Of a stretch of 64,000 nucleotides of DNA, positions 32,701 to 44,100 are shown in pieces. The notes below the pieces were generated by a model. The model saw nothing but the letters and a program-made list of their open reading frames with translations. It made no database searches and was not told where the DNA came from. Source of the stretch: Pachysolen tannophilus NRRL Y-2460. Taxonomy: Eukaryota. Where the stretch lies: the NCBI GenBank assembly GCA_001661245.1, contig KV454017.1, positions 961,903 through 1,025,902 on the forward strand, written 5' to 3'. How positions within the stretch are numbered: the first letter of the stretch is position 1; every line of letters begins with the position of its first letter. The translations under genes and the position numbers were made by a program.

Positions 32701-34671
32701 CCGCCATCACCAGGAGAGGAGCCATCTGTTTTGTTAATCTGTAAAGGTGCTGATTCTATTATATATTCAAGATTAAGTAAAGACAATGATCCAGATTTAT
32801 TGGACAAGACAGCTAACCATTTAGAAGAATTTGCTACAGAAGGTTTAAGGACTTTATGTATTGCTCAACGTCAATTAACTTGGAAAGAGTATTTAGATTG
32901 GAATGCCAGACATGAGATTGCAGCTGCAGCCTTGGTGAAAAGAGAAGAGAGAATGGAAGAAGTTGCAGATTCTGTTGAGAGAGAATTGACTTTGTTGGGT
33001 GGTACTGCCATTGAAGATAGATTACAAGATGGTGTCCCAGATACAATTTCCTTGTTAGGAAAAGCCGGTATTAAGTTATGGGTCTTGACTGGTGATAAAG
33101 TTGAAACAGCTATTAATATTGGGTTTTCTTGTAATTTGTTGGATAACGATATGAACTTATTATTGATCAAAACAGGTGGAGTTGAAGAGATGGATCAGAT
33201 TTTCACAGAGGAAGAGGTAGCTACTATTGGATCGGATGAGAAGAAATTTGTTGATCTGTTAATAACCAAATATCTTGAGAAGTATTTTAACAAGCAAGGT
33301 ACACAAGAGGAAATAACTGCAGCAAAATCTGACCATAGTCCACCACATGGAAACTTTGGTCTTGTTATTGATGGTGATGCTTTGAAATTGGCTTTAAAAG
33401 ATGAAACCCAAAGGAAATTTTTGTTGTTATGTAAGGAATGTAAATCTGTTATGTGTTGTAGGGTCTCACCAGCCCAAAAAGCAGCTGTCGTTAAAATGGT
33501 TAAAAATACTTTACAAGTTATGACTTTAGCAATCGGTGATGGATCAAACGATGTTGCTATGATTCAGGCTGCTGACGTTGGTGTTGGTATCGCTGGTGAA
33601 GAAGGTAGAGCTGCTGTTATGAGTTCTGATTATGCTTTTGGACAGTTCAGATATTTAACTAGATTGGTTTTGGTCCATGGTAGGTGGTCTTATAAGAGAT
33701 TGTCACAAATGATTCCAAGTTTTTTCTACAAAAATGTCATTTTCACAATGGCATTGTTTTGGTATGGTATTTACAATGACTTTGATGGAACATATCTTTT
33801 CGAGTATACTTATTTAATGTTCTACAATTTGGCCTTTACCTCTTTACCTGTTATTTTCTTAGGTGTCTTAGACCAAGATGTCAGTGATATTGTTTCATTA
33901 ATGGTTCCACAATTATATAGAAGTGGTATTCTCGGAACTGAGTGGACAATGCAGAAATTTTGGTGGTATATGACTGATGCATTTTATCAATCGCTCATAT
34001 CATTTTTCTATCCTTATTGGTTATATTACAAAAATGGTATTATTTCACCTACGGGGTTAACTCTAGAGCATAGATACATCATGGGTGCTCTTGTATCAAC
34101 AATTGCTATTATATCTTGTAACTTATACATATTGATGAATCAGTACAGATGGGACTGGGTTTCTACTTTATGTATTTCGTTATCTATTATAATTGTTTTT
34201 GCTTGGACTGGTATTTGGTCTTCATCAACTTATTCTGGTGAATTTTATAAGGTTGGTGCAAGATTATACGGTGCCGCTGCATTTTGGGCATGCTTATTCG
34301 TTGGGGTTGTCATATGTCTTATTCCTAGATTCATCTATAATGTTATTAGAGAAACAATGTTTCCTAGTGATGTTACTATTATAAGAGAAAGGGTTGCAAA
34401 AGGATTAAACCCAATTGAAGATGACGGTTATGATTTCATTGCTATGGGTGATGATGGACTTAATAACGATTATAATGATTTTAGATTTGGTGGGCAAGAT
34501 TTGTTGAAAAGACCATTGAGTCTGACATTAGGTACTCAACAACCAAATGAATCAAGCCTCACGATTAACACACAAGAAATCCCAATGCAAGTGGTGGAAG
34601 GAAATGACGGAAGGAGATCTATTAGTATCAAAAAGCAGCACAACGGAGTCAATAATAATTCCGTTATTTAG
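29743..34671 (+). CDS. DNF1: P4-ATPase phospholipid flippase, Dnf1/Dnf2 type
   Basis: RNKVRTTKYTPLTF, LDGETNLK, VPISLYISIE, DKTGTLT, TGDKVETAINIG, AIGDGSNDVAMIQ. Confidence 0.93.
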   Translation: MSSHESNRKISSPFADNDDEFNDIKFNEEDEDMYYISNDNSGSGNGGTNGGTNGGINNGGSTAVAATAVNGYDNNGHTLPKNRTKSILKKPSNIYSPKSPLSRKGSNARTRTPSLKKQDVSELSYETNDDLPISSRNSFDSIGKTPALNTKNSAHARFQIDDISNENIFDDSKTYLKNDIEIGEENDDLNDLDKPIHFDGTTHSGHLGRKETFMKRHRWGTQRNKKGLPIGRSKTFKWHRNQSIRHALHATSTPHNLESDSEDEGDSRKDEFRQVYWNLPLPLDLLDDKGDPITQYSRNKVRTTKYTPLTFVPKNLSNQFKNIANVYFLTMIILGAFSIFGVPSPVLSAVPLIVIVCITAIKDAIEDSRRTGLDMELNNTPTHILEGVFNPNCLVDNVSMWRRFKKLNSRLLFKFIAFIKQNLTSSGRLEKKRNEFRKKHGQIADSAPKNSFDSTEETARKSVQLNNLSGSNSLDNNQDDPFNGAGEEIGASQKLKNHDNTKPFITHEDVFTDVQARFKRDMWKNVKVGDIVRVHNNDEIPADMIILATSDSDGACYVETKDLDGETNLKVRQALKSSSGEIKRAKDLTKAKFWIESEGPHSNLYSYQGNMKYYVSGDETKEEIANEPVTINNTLLRGCTLRNTKWALGIVIFTGEDTKIRLNAGITPTKRSRISRDLNYPVLLNFLLLFIICFISGLVNGIYYRHDNVSRTYFEFGTIAGSPAANGIVGFFVAVILYQSLVPISLYISIEIIKTAQAFFIYSDVKMYYEKLDYPCTPKSWSISDDLGQIEYIFSDKTGTLTQNVMEFKKATINGISYGRAYTEAYAGIRKRQGIDIKEEAAREKKAIEEDKIVMYNQLQEINENDQLDINDLTFISKEFVKDLKDAANGDYQKHCNEHFMLSLALCHSVLTEEDPKKPGKLLLKAQSPDEAALVSTARDVGFAFVGRTKKGVILNVQGIEKEYQVLNILEFNSTRKRMSALIKIPPPSPGEEPSVLLICKGADSIIYSRLSKDNDPDLLDKTANHLEEFATEGLRTLCIAQRQLTWKEYLDWNARHEIAAAALVKREERMEEVADSVERELTLLGGTAIEDRLQDGVPDTISLLGKAGIKLWVLTGDKVETAINIGFSCNLLDNDMNLLLIKTGGVEEMDQIFTEEEVATIGSDEKKFVDLLITKYLEKYFNKQGTQEEITAAKSDHSPPHGNFGLVIDGDALKLALKDETQRKFLLLCKECKSVMCCRVSPAQKAAVVKMVKNTLQVMTLAIGDGSNDVAMIQAADVGVGIAGEEGRAAVMSSDYAFGQFRYLTRLVLVHGRWSYKRLSQMIPSFFYKNVIFTMALFWYGIYNDFDGTYLFEYTYLMFYNLAFTSLPVIFLGVLDQDVSDIVSLMVPQLYRSGILGTEWTMQKFWWYMTDAFYQSLISFFYPYWLYYKNGIISPTGLTLEHRYIMGALVSTIAIISCNLYILMNQYRWDWVSTLCISLSIIIVFAWTGIWSSSTYSGEFYKVGARLYGAAAFWACLFVGVVICLIPRFIYNVIRETMFPSDVTIIRERVAKGLNPIEDDGYDFIAMGDDGLNNDYNDFRFGGQDLLKRPLSLTLGTQQPNESSLTINTQEIPMQVVEGNDGRRSISIKKQHNGVNNNSVI

Positions 34672-34733
34672 AGATTTGAAATTTCGGGAAGCCATTCATT
34701 CCGAATTAAAATGAAAATGTACACTATAAAATC

Positions 34734-34737
<4 letters not shown>

Positions 34738-34770
<33 letters not shown>
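34738..34770. repeat. Poly(dT) tract
   Basis: 33 consecutive T downstream of the DNF stop. Confidence 0.9.
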
Positions 34771-34796
<26 letters not shown>

Positions 34797-35151
34797 ACCA
34801 TTATTACTATTTCAATTGTTTTAGGCACCTAAGAAGGTTTTATACATAGCGTGAGTTAGATTTTGCTTTTTCTATTCATCTGTTTACTCACATATTCTTT
34901 TTTTTACTGTTTTACTACCATTAACATTTGTTATTTTTTTATTTTTAGTTTCATGTTTTTGTTATGTTTTGTTTTTACTTTTTATTTTCCATTGACTAAC
35001 ATTTTTCTATTAGAAAACATTTTTTATAACTTTGAACATAGAAAAAACCTTTGAAAATTGTTGAAATAAAATTAGTTTATTATACAAAATTTAAAACAAA
35101 ACGAGAGTAAGTGTGTGTGTGAGAGAGAGAGAGAAAATAAAAGTCTTGTTT

Positions 35152-36321
35152 CTATAAATATGATGGTGTAATGATCCTTTCTTTAACATTATTCCAAAAT
35201 CCATGGTCATAGACATTGTCAATTTCCTTTTTCATATCTGTGACTTTGAACAACTGTGCTCCTGTAACGTCAACAGCACAATTTTCATCACTTAATTTGT
35301 AAAAAACACCATCAAAGTCTTTTATAAGGTATAATTTTTCAATTTTATTCTCATTCTCGGTATCTTCATAATATTTATAATAAATACATTCTTTAGAGAT
35401 CAAGTATCTTAACAATTCCCACTTTGAGGATTCATTTGTTGTCATTCCAAGATATAAATAATAAATATGTTCTAAAGTAAACCATGCAACGACAACAGAG
35501 AATATAGAGCATAATAAGAATATAATTCCTGTTCTTTCATTTGTTAAACTTGTCTTGGTCATTATTGTGAAATACAGTATACATTTTTGCATCAAGGTAT
35601 GATCATTCAAATTGAATTTTGTAGCAAAATTTTGGGATCCAATAATTTGTCCATTACGATACATAAGTAATTGATTTTTAAGAACTGTGAAGCAAAGATG
35701 GGACCCATATATTAAACACCAACATAATGAAATTAGAAAAAGAATAAACCATTTGTAGTTATAATATCCAACACAGTTATTCAACCATATACAGTGATGA
35801 TCAAACAATAAGAAACATTTATCACAAGTTGAACAATGTTTTGATCTTGGAATTTTAAGTAATTTGCAAGTTCTACAATAATTTTTCCCAATATCAGACT
35901 TGTGATTAAAAAAAATTAATTCATTGTATGGGAATTTTGCAATTAACAGGTCATTATTCAAATTATTTATGTTAGAAAGTTGACCTGGATCGATAATTAT
36001 AGCAGCAATGAAAGATGCTGCATTTGTTAATAAACTAGATGAAATTAGCAACGTCCTAGGATTTTCTAGTTCATTAAAAGTATACTTGAAAAAATTCAAC
36101 ACTAACCCAACAAATAATGTCAAATATAATCCAGGTAATGCCCATCTATATATGAAATTTAACCTTTCAACAAAATTCTTATAAAAAAAATTCTTAAAGT
36201 AATATCTATCAATATGGTATAATTTAGCCAAGATGAAATTGTGTAAATTAAATATATATATTAAAAGTGACACCAGCAATAAAATCAATGTGGTTACAAG
36301 TGTTAGCTTTATCGAATTCAT
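35152..36321 (-). CDS. SWF1: DHHC palmitoyltransferase, Swf1 type
   Basis: [67 protein letters not shown]. Confidence 0.88.
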   Translation of the reverse strand: MNSIKLTLVTTLILLLVSLLIYIFNLHNFILAKLYHIDRYYFKNFFYKNFVERLNFIYRWALPGLYLTLFVGLVLNFFKYTFNELENPRTLLISSSLLTNAASFIAAIIIDPGQLSNINNLNNDLLIAKFPYNELIFFNHKSDIGKNYCRTCKLLKIPRSKHCSTCDKCFLLFDHHCIWLNNCVGYYNYKWFILFLISLCWCLIYGSHLCFTVLKNQLLMYRNGQIIGSQNFATKFNLNDHTLMQKCILYFTIMTKTSLTNERTGIIFLLCSIFSVVVAWFTLEHIYYLYLGMTTNESSKWELLRYLISKECIYYKYYEDTENENKIEKLYLIKDFDGVFYKLSDENCAVDVTGAQLFKVTDMKKEIDNVYDHGFWNNVKERIITPSYL

Positions 36322-36597
36322 CTAGCAACAACCGCTGCAGCACTAAGCCAATACCACCTTTTCTAACCTCACTGAATACCTCGTACAAGATAAAAAAAAA
36401 TCAATGATATTTATTTGAAAAATAAATTATTGAAATAATGGAAGATCATCACCAACTTTCTTATCGTACCTTTTTAGTGAAAAAAATAGAAAAACACTAA
36501 AAATTGACTAACGCGTTAAAAAATAAAACTAAAACTAAAACTAAAAAAAATTGTTGTTTACGAACGGATTGATCTGGGACTTTGTATAGAGGGGAAG

Positions 36598-37536
36598 ATG
36601 GGTCAAGAGGTAATAATGAGAAAGATAAATGCGATATTTGAGAGTGCTTCTTGTGAAATAGAATCATTGGTGTATTTGGTATCGGTTTTAAGTTGTGAAG
36701 AAGATGTTTACTACCTTGATACTATTAGGTTAACATCTTCTCAATTGGATTACATATTTGATACCAATAAGTTTTTAAAAAAGAATGGGTTTGCAATTCT
36801 CGGATTATTGTTTAGTTTTTACAAGAAAATTAACAAGGACAAGAAGTTGAATAATATATTGAAGAATATTCGTGATTATAATGATAATGATTTTGTATTT
36901 GATTTGAATCAAGGTTTAAAAATATTTAGTGAGTATTTATCGAGTATTATTGGGATATTCGAATCTAATCAAGATGTTTTTAATTCGAATTCGGATGAAA
37001 ATCAACAAGTTATAAATAACATGACTCCCATAGCGTTACTGAAAGTTCAAAAATTTAAGAAATTAAGAACACAATCAACTTCCAGTTTAAAATCTTTCCA
37101 ATCGAGTTTATTCAGTACCAATAGGTTAAGTTCATCAACAACAATGACAACAAATATAATACCTTCTCAACAAGAGGATAATAATAAAATATCAGTAGTA
37201 ACTTCTGCAGTTTCCTCTTTTGAAGAAAAATCTCAAGATTATTTGGTAACTAACAACAAAGTTATTTTTAAGAACTTGATCAATCAATTCATAGTTTTAC
37301 TAAGAAATATATTGATATTTTGTGATTTTTTAAAACAAAAATCCAATTTTATCATTGGTGAAGATTCTTTATCAATTTTTCATTCTAAATTGTTGTATTT
37401 TAACAATTTTTTAAACAATGCATTAGTTTTAAAAATTTACAAATCTTTAACGGACTGTTCTTTAAATATTATCAATAATGAACTTAATGAACTTAATGAA
37501 CTTAATGAACTTAATGAACTTGGAAATGAACTATAA
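36598..37536 (+). CDS. Hypothetical protein, family not recognised
   Basis: 312-codon ATG-initiated ORF in AT-rich DNA, divergent from SWF1. Confidence 0.75.
   Translation: MGQEVIMRKINAIFESASCEIESLVYLVSVLSCEEDVYYLDTIRLTSSQLDYIFDTNKFLKKNGFAILGLLFSFYKKINKDKKLNNILKNIRDYNDNDFVFDLNQGLKIFSEYLSSIIGIFESNQDVFNSNSDENQQVINNMTPIALLKVQKFKKLRTQSTSSLKSFQSSLFSTNRLSSSTTMTTNIIPSQQEDNNKISVVTSAVSSFEEKSQDYLVTNNKVIFKNLINQFIVLLRNILIFCDFLKQKSNFIIGEDSLSIFHSKLLYFNNFLNNALVLKIYKSLTDCSLNIINNELNELNELNELNELGNEL
37477..37521 (+). repeat. 9-bp coding tandem repeat (AATGAACTT)x5 encoding NEL
   Basis: Five perfect copies just before the stop of the 36598 ORF. Confidence 0.95.
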
Positions 37537-37759
37537 TGTTGTATATTTATTTATTTATATGGTCATCAGAGACGGGAAAGGAGATGAAATAAAAATTCTT
37601 TTATTATTATTATTTACTACTACTGGTAATAAAGTGAAATTGTAAACTCTTTTGAATAGTGTAATAATGTCTCGTAAAAATCATCATTAGTGAAAAAGTT
37701 AAATTTGAAAAAGTCATTTCCATTAAAACCAACAAGAAGAAAAAATTGATTTGTTATTA

Positions 37760-38224
37760 TTATAAACCTTTCCATATTCTATCAGCTACTTTACTCCATA
37801 TAAATTTACTAAACCTTCTCCCCAAGAACCTGCCTATAATGGGGAGTAATACAAAATTTATGAGAGTCTTTACTTGAATCAAACTTTCTTCCCATTGTTG
37901 CTGTGCAGTCTTTACCATATCAGAATCTATCGTATATTCACTTTCTTCTCCAGAAGACAAATACTGTATTTCATCATCATAATCATCATATTCTTCAGAT
38001 TGAGGATCTACCACTGGTTGCTCAGCTTCATTTTCAGGCTGAAATTCAGGCTGTAATTCAGGTTGCAATTCACTTTCAAACTGAGGCCCCAGCTGCGATT
38101 GAAGCTGCGCCTGAGGCCGAGGACTAGGATGATATATTATTGGATCCGACGACGGTTCCCCAGGAAAATTTTCACTTGCAAGTGTATTTATATCTTGTAA
38201 TTGATGAATATCAAATGGATCCAT
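37760..38224 (-). CDS. MIM2: Mitochondrial import protein Mim2
   Basis: Acidic N-terminus, then AQQQWEESL.Q...LINFVLLPIIGRFLGRRFS. Confidence 0.85.
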   Translation of the reverse strand: MDPFDIHQLQDINTLASENFPGEPSSDPIIYHPSPRPQAQLQSQLGPQFESELQPELQPEFQPENEAEQPVVDPQSEEYDDYDDEIQYLSSGEESEYTIDSDMVKTAQQQWEESLIQVKTLINFVLLPIIGRFLGRRFSKFIWSKVADRIWKGL

Positions 38225-38681
38225 TTTTCAACAAAAAAATAAAAAGAGAAAAAAAAAGAAAGAAAAAAAAGCTTAAACCACCAACTGATATTAAAAAGAG
38301 AAACACCTCTTTACACCAACATCAAAGAATTATCAATATTTCTATTGAATTGATTAATTATAATAAAATACTTTATTTTCCAATTTTCATATTTTATATT
38401 ACTATTACACAAGAACAAATAAAAAAAAGAGAGAGAAAAATTATAAAAAAGATAGAAAAACAAAACTGCGCACCGCAAATCCAACCAAATGCGGTCTAAA
38501 TGCGGCACATAAGCGCGGTCCACAAAACAGGTCAATCGCGGAAAAATGCGGTCCATATAAAGCGCGCATTTAACAAATAGAAAGTGCTACGCATTAAAAT
38601 AAAAGCGTATACTAAATGCGCGCATATCATTCGGGGACCTGGACTGATGCTAACAGCTGATTTCCATGACGAATGTGTTGA

Positions 38682-39599
38682 TCAATGGTCAATTTTCAAG
38701 CTAAAGTCGATGATTGGGGTTCCCTGGTGGATTGAAGAAGATGAGTAGATATCGATATCATTACACAAGTACTGAGCCAAGTTTTGTAAAGTTAAACCAC
38801 CACTGCATTCTAATAAAAATTTTTTATTTTGACCATTATATTTGTTTTTCAAATTTATTGCGGTCATTTTTAAATCTTCGCCTGAGAAATTATCCAACAT
38901 TATAATATCTGCGCCAGCTTCAATCAGCTCTTCTGCTTCTTTTTCGCTTTGAACTTCAACTTCAATTTTGGTAGAAAATCCAATAACTTTCTTTGCATTT
39001 TCAACAGCTTTTGTTATTGAACCTGTAGACCATATGTGATTATCCTTTAGCATTACCATTGATGATAAATCATAACGATGTGTATCACATCCACCTACAA
39101 GCATAGAATATTTTTCTAATAATCTTAATCCTGGAGTTGTCTTTCTAGTACCTGCAATAATACCAGTATAACCAACTTCTCTAGCTTTCAGAATAGTTAA
39201 AAATGATTGAGTAGCAATACCAGAACATCTAGCCAAGATATTTAAAAATAATCTTTCAGCAATCAAGAGATCTTTAACCGGACCTTCAACTTTTGCAATT
39301 ATAATTTTACCATTTTCAGTTTCTGAAGGTTTTAAAAATAATCCTTCTTGAACAAGCCATTCAACTTTTAACCCACATTGATTAGCAACTTCATCAGCAA
39401 ATGGAACCCCACTTAATACACCATCAGATTTACAATATAATATCGCAGTATTAATCTTAGCTCCTACAACATAACCTCCATAATCAAATGATGGAATATC
39501 TTCAGATATCCATGATGTAATATCTTCTTTCCATTTACCGTTAATTGGCAATAAATGCAGAAATTTAGGGAAAGGATTGCTAAATCTATCGGGTGACAT
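38682..39599 (-). CDS. BNA6: Quinolinate phosphoribosyltransferase
   Basis: [63 protein letters not shown] at 39599. Confidence 0.97.
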   Translation of the reverse strand: MSPDRFSNPFPKFLHLLPINGKWKEDITSWISEDIPSFDYGGYVVGAKINTAILYCKSDGVLSGVPFADEVANQCGLKVEWLVQEGLFLKPSETENGKIIIAKVEGPVKDLLIAERLFLNILARCSGIATQSFLTILKAREVGYTGIIAGTRKTTPGLRLLEKYSMLVGGCDTHRYDLSSMVMLKDNHIWSTGSITKAVENAKKVIGFSTKIEVEVQSEKEAEELIEAGADIIMLDNFSGEDLKMTAINLKNKYNGQNKKFLLECSGGLTLQNLAQYLCNDIDIYSSSSIHQGTPIIDFSLKIDH

Positions 39600-39809
39600 T
39601 TCACAATCCAACAAAGAAAATTAAATGACGATGGTGATGATGAACGTTATCGGTTTCAAGTATTGTTTAAATGTTAAATAGGAAAAGTACTATAAGAAAA
39701 ATAAAGAAAAAAATATTAAAAATAAAGCAAGAAAAAATTAAAGAAATTATGAAAAAGCAAAAAAAAAGTAATATTTTATTTAATTTTAAAGAAATTAAAT
39801 GGACTCGGT

Positions 39810-40820
39810 ATGACATTAATGGGGAAAGAGTTGGGTGATTTGATCGCTGAGAATTCAGTTAAGGATAACAGTTTACCGAAAAGGAAGATAGAATTGGTTG
39901 AAGAGGAAGATCAAACTCCAAACAAAAAGTTTTCCAAAAATGTTAATACTAATAATTATGTTACACCACCTGGTTCTTCGTCAACATCATCAGAAGCAGG
40001 TTCAAGTCCCCTGAGATCTTTTACGTTGAAACAGAAGCATCAGCAGCAACTGCTGTTGTCACAGAAGTTGCCATTAAAAGAGCCAACACTGCGCCTGGCG
40101 AGTACATTACCCTTCAGAAAAAACCTTGTACAATCTCATTTTAATTCACCAAATCAACGCGTAACTTGCACATTATGTAACATGTCATATTTGGCACATT
40201 TGAAAACCGACAATAACACTCATAACAAATTTCACCAGAGATCTCTCAATGGGCGAGAATGGTCTACGAAATGGGGAAAGAAAATCCAAGATAATATTAA
40301 AATTTTCAATACACAAAAAAATGTATACGAGTTGGGAACGATTTTTGAAGTTAACCCTAAGGATAAAGCGCAAGTGAATGCTACAAAAGAGTTATTGAAA
40401 CTAGTCAATGTGGAATTAAATGCTCCAGAAGACACGGGTTGTTGGTTAAAAGGTCCAGATTACGGTAAAGTTTTTATTTTTGAAATTAATAAGAGAGCTA
40501 TTGGAATATTATCAATCGAAAGAGTCAACAAAGGCGAATGGTTAATACTTGACAGTGGTAAAGTGGTACCGGGTCAACAAATACCATTACTCATAGGTAT
40601 TTCAAGAATTTACGTTGTAAGAAATTATAGAAGATCTAAAATTGCATCTTCTTTGCTAAATTGTTGCTTACAACACTCAGTTTACGGAATATCTTTGAAA
40701 AAATTGGATGTCGGATGGAGCCAGCCAAGTGAATTCGGAGCAAAACTATCAAAATCTTTCAACGCAGTCAAACACAAGTCAGGAAAGTGGTTGGTTCCAG
40801 TATATATAGAAACATCTTAA
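39810..40820 (+). CDS. ECO1: Cohesin acetyltransferase Eco1
   Basis: PIP-like VQSHF, C2H2 CTLCNMSY..D...H.KFH, GISRIYV..YRR..IA..LL, WSQPSEFG. Confidence 0.93.
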   Translation: MTLMGKELGDLIAENSVKDNSLPKRKIELVEEEDQTPNKKFSKNVNTNNYVTPPGSSSTSSEAGSSPLRSFTLKQKHQQQLLLSQKLPLKEPTLRLASTLPFRKNLVQSHFNSPNQRVTCTLCNMSYLAHLKTDNNTHNKFHQRSLNGREWSTKWGKKIQDNIKIFNTQKNVYELGTIFEVNPKDKAQVNATKELLKLVNVELNAPEDTGCWLKGPDYGKVFIFEINKRAIGILSIERVNKGEWLILDSGKVVPGQQIPLLIGISRIYVVRNYRRSKIASSLLNCCLQHSVYGISLKKLDVGWSQPSEFGAKLSKSFNAVKHKSGKWLVPVYIETS

Positions 40821-41148
40821 ATTATAGCCAAAAAATATATATGTATATATATATAGATGTAACCATAGTAATATGTTATATGTCATGTGTCGTTTGACTG
40901 CTGTAAATAGTATGTCATGTGACACATTTAAAAGGTAGTGTTTGCAAATAGCAAGTATCCTAATTAGGAATTTTTTTTATTTTTTTTGTTTTTTGTTTAC
41001 AATTCAGAAAAATAAGTACGCGCCGTTGTAGTAAAATAAATAGTAATTGTTTAAATGATAGATTAAAAAAAAAGTTTATAAAGGTTTTCTTTAATTGAAT
41101 AATTGAAGATATTGAAGATATTGAAAGAAGAGGTTGAAGGAGGAAGAG

Positions 41149-44100
41149 ATGAGCGGCAACTATAGCGCCGAGGAGCTTTATGATAATATTCTGGGGAATT
41201 ATGGTATGTTTTTCTATAGTTTTATGATTATTTTTTCAAGTAGCGGTTAAATGTTATTTAAATGATATTGTTTAAATATTTTAAATTTAACAAGAGCAAA
41301 AATTTACTAACTATTTTTTTTTTTTTTTTTTTTTTTTTTTATTTTTTGATGTTTAGATACTGAAAGGAAAGAGCTTCTAGTAGCGGAATTCAAGACACAT
41401 GTGAAGAGAGATTTTGTAAATTTAAATGAAGTTCCAAGAAATTTTGAAGCGTTAATACTTGCAATCAATTCTAATGAATTTACATTGAGTTCTATAGCAT
41501 TTTCCACTCTTTGTCATTTGGTTAAAAGGGTAAGTATGCAGGATAGCTCTGTGTTGAGGAATTGTTACCGCATGGTTATACCGGTATTGATAGATAGATT
41601 GGGAGATATAAAATCTTCTTCTAGGAGTGCTTCAAGAAAAGCTTTACAAGTTTATTGGTCATCATGTGCATCACCAGTGGAAAATATAATTAAAGAATAT
41701 GGATTAAATCATGATGATTATAAGATCAAAATTGAATGTCTTACCTTTTTGAATAGTTTAGTTGATATTCTGCAACAAAATTTCATGTTTAAACCTTTTA
41801 CATCAAAAATAGTCAATTTATTATTAGATTCAATGGAAAGTGTTCAAAATAATTCTAAAAAATTATTAATAAATTTTTTCAAAAATTCAAATAATAAGAA
41901 TGCAAAATTAGATCTTCTGACAGAATTAATAAAACAAAAAATCCCGAAAACAATAGCACATTCATTGTTAATGGAAATCGATCCAAATATACTTTATGAT
42001 TATCAAAACTTATACAGCATTAACAATAATCCTATCAATTTAAACAATGATTCTGATATTAATGATGGATTTATAAATGCAGGATCTATAAAAATAACGG
42101 CTTCTAATTCAATTAGATCCAACAATTTATCTTCAAACAATAATTTTGTCGAAACAAACTTTAGATCTACTCCTCATTCAACATTAGTACCCAAATCAGT
42201 TTTATCTCGTTCTAAAATACAATCTTTTCCACCTGATTTTGAAACGGAAAATGAATATGAAATGGATTCAATACGTTCGGTCACAAAAAATTCAAAACCA
42301 TTAAGTCCAAGACTTGAAAATTATTTATCAAATATTCCAGGTTCCAGTTTGGATGATATAGAACCAATAAAAATATCAAATGCTGTCTTTTTAAGAAATG
42401 AAATTGAAGAAATGTTACAAGCATTTAATGGTAAAGAAACAGAATTTAATTGGAGCTTAAGAGAAAATCATATTATTAAACTTAGATCAATAATAAGAGG
42501 TAATTCATGTCGAGATTTTCCTGATGTGTTATCACAATGTCTTAGAGTAATTTGTGATTCTATTTCAAAAGCAATAAGTTCTTTAAGAACAACTTTATCA
42601 GCTCATGGATGTCAGTTAGTAAAAGAAATATCCATATTTGTTGGTGATCATTTGGATCATGTAACAATTGAAGTATTTGCAACTACTTTATTAAAACTAT
42701 CTGGTTCTACAAAGAAAATCGCAGCACAGAATGCAATGGTTTCATTTTCAACTCTAATTGCTAATCTTTCTTATCATCCAAGAATTGTTAATCAAGTATA
42801 TCAAGCTTCTCAAGATAAAAATATTCAACCAAGGCTTTATGCTACAACATGGATTGATATATTAATTTTGAAACATAAGGAAAGTTTAGAAACAATTAAT
42901 AATGGTTTGGGTCTAGAATTATTTGAAAAAGCAATAACAAAATGTTTATCAGATCAAAATGCTGCTGTTAGAGAGTCAATGCGTAATACATATTGGCTTT
43001 TCTTCGAATTTTGGCCTATAATTGCTGAAAAAATTATTAATAAATTTGATGCTAAAATTAAAAAAGCTTTGGAGAAATGCAAACCACAAGATTTGATAGC
43101 AACAAATATTGCAACTCCTAGTTCAGTACATCCAGTAAAAGAAAGACAGTCAATTAGAAACTTTATTGCTGCTAAAAGTAAAGAACTGAAAAGCTCTTCC
43201 GTACATTCTTCAGTAGGTTCCATGATGCTGACAAGAACAAGTAGTCGTGGATCTGTTAGTCGTCAAGAGCAGAATCATCAACAGCAGGGAAATAATTTAT
43301 CCGAAATAAATAAACAGGCTGGAATGGGTCTTGCTCAAAAAGCAAGAAGAATTCCGTCAAACAGAGCATCGTCATTATCTTCTGCTGGTGTAACAGCAGC
43401 TCATAGAAGCAGATCTGAGGAAATAAAAATTGAAAAAGATGGATCTTTTAGCTCAACTCATCCTCACACTAATAAATCTACCACTAAGGATATATTCAAT
43501 AGAGCTGCTAGTACTGGCCATGAATTTATTGGAGAAACATCTGATGCGATTTCTGCTGAAAAAGATTTAGGGGCAGCACGAGAGAAAATAGAAAGTTTGA
43601 AGAAAGCTTTAACTGAAAAATCCAATTCTCACGAATCAAGTCATCATACATTAAGTACTCCAGAAAATGATGAAAAGCTTAAGAAGGATGATTTAATTAT
43701 AAAATTATTAAGATCAGACTCACATGAAATGAAAAGTGAAGCTATACTTCTTTTGAAGTATGCATTAATGTCTAAAGAAGAAATGCCATCAGAACTTTCC
43801 CACTTATTAAATTCTTCAACACTAAATGATCCAAGTTTGTTAGAACCTATTCTATCTCCAGATTTACTTTCAGAAACAGTAAAGTATTTGAGTCCTGAAA
43901 ACTTTTTAAGATGTTACATTATTAATTCGATAAAAACTCAGGCGGAAAGTAAAATTGATGTGGAATTGATTAATGCATTAGTTGGTGCTATGACAATTGA
44001 AAATTTATATTCAGCTTCCTCTGAATTAATAAATATCATGAATAATATTTGTCTTGTTGTAAATGGTAAATTAACTATGCAATTTATAAAATTTAAGTTC

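Noticed and set aside
38440..38681. Possible stop-codon readthrough extension of BNA6
   Set aside because: The TGA-TCA context is not a known leaky motif, the protein already ends at the family C-terminus, and the scarcity of stops follows from the GC-rich motif array.
33256..38927. CUG=Ser (Candida-type) code as the explanation for the CTG sites
   Set aside because: The two best-conserved sites (BNA6, DNF) are Ala in recalled homologs. Ser is disfavoured but not excluded without a full alignment tally.
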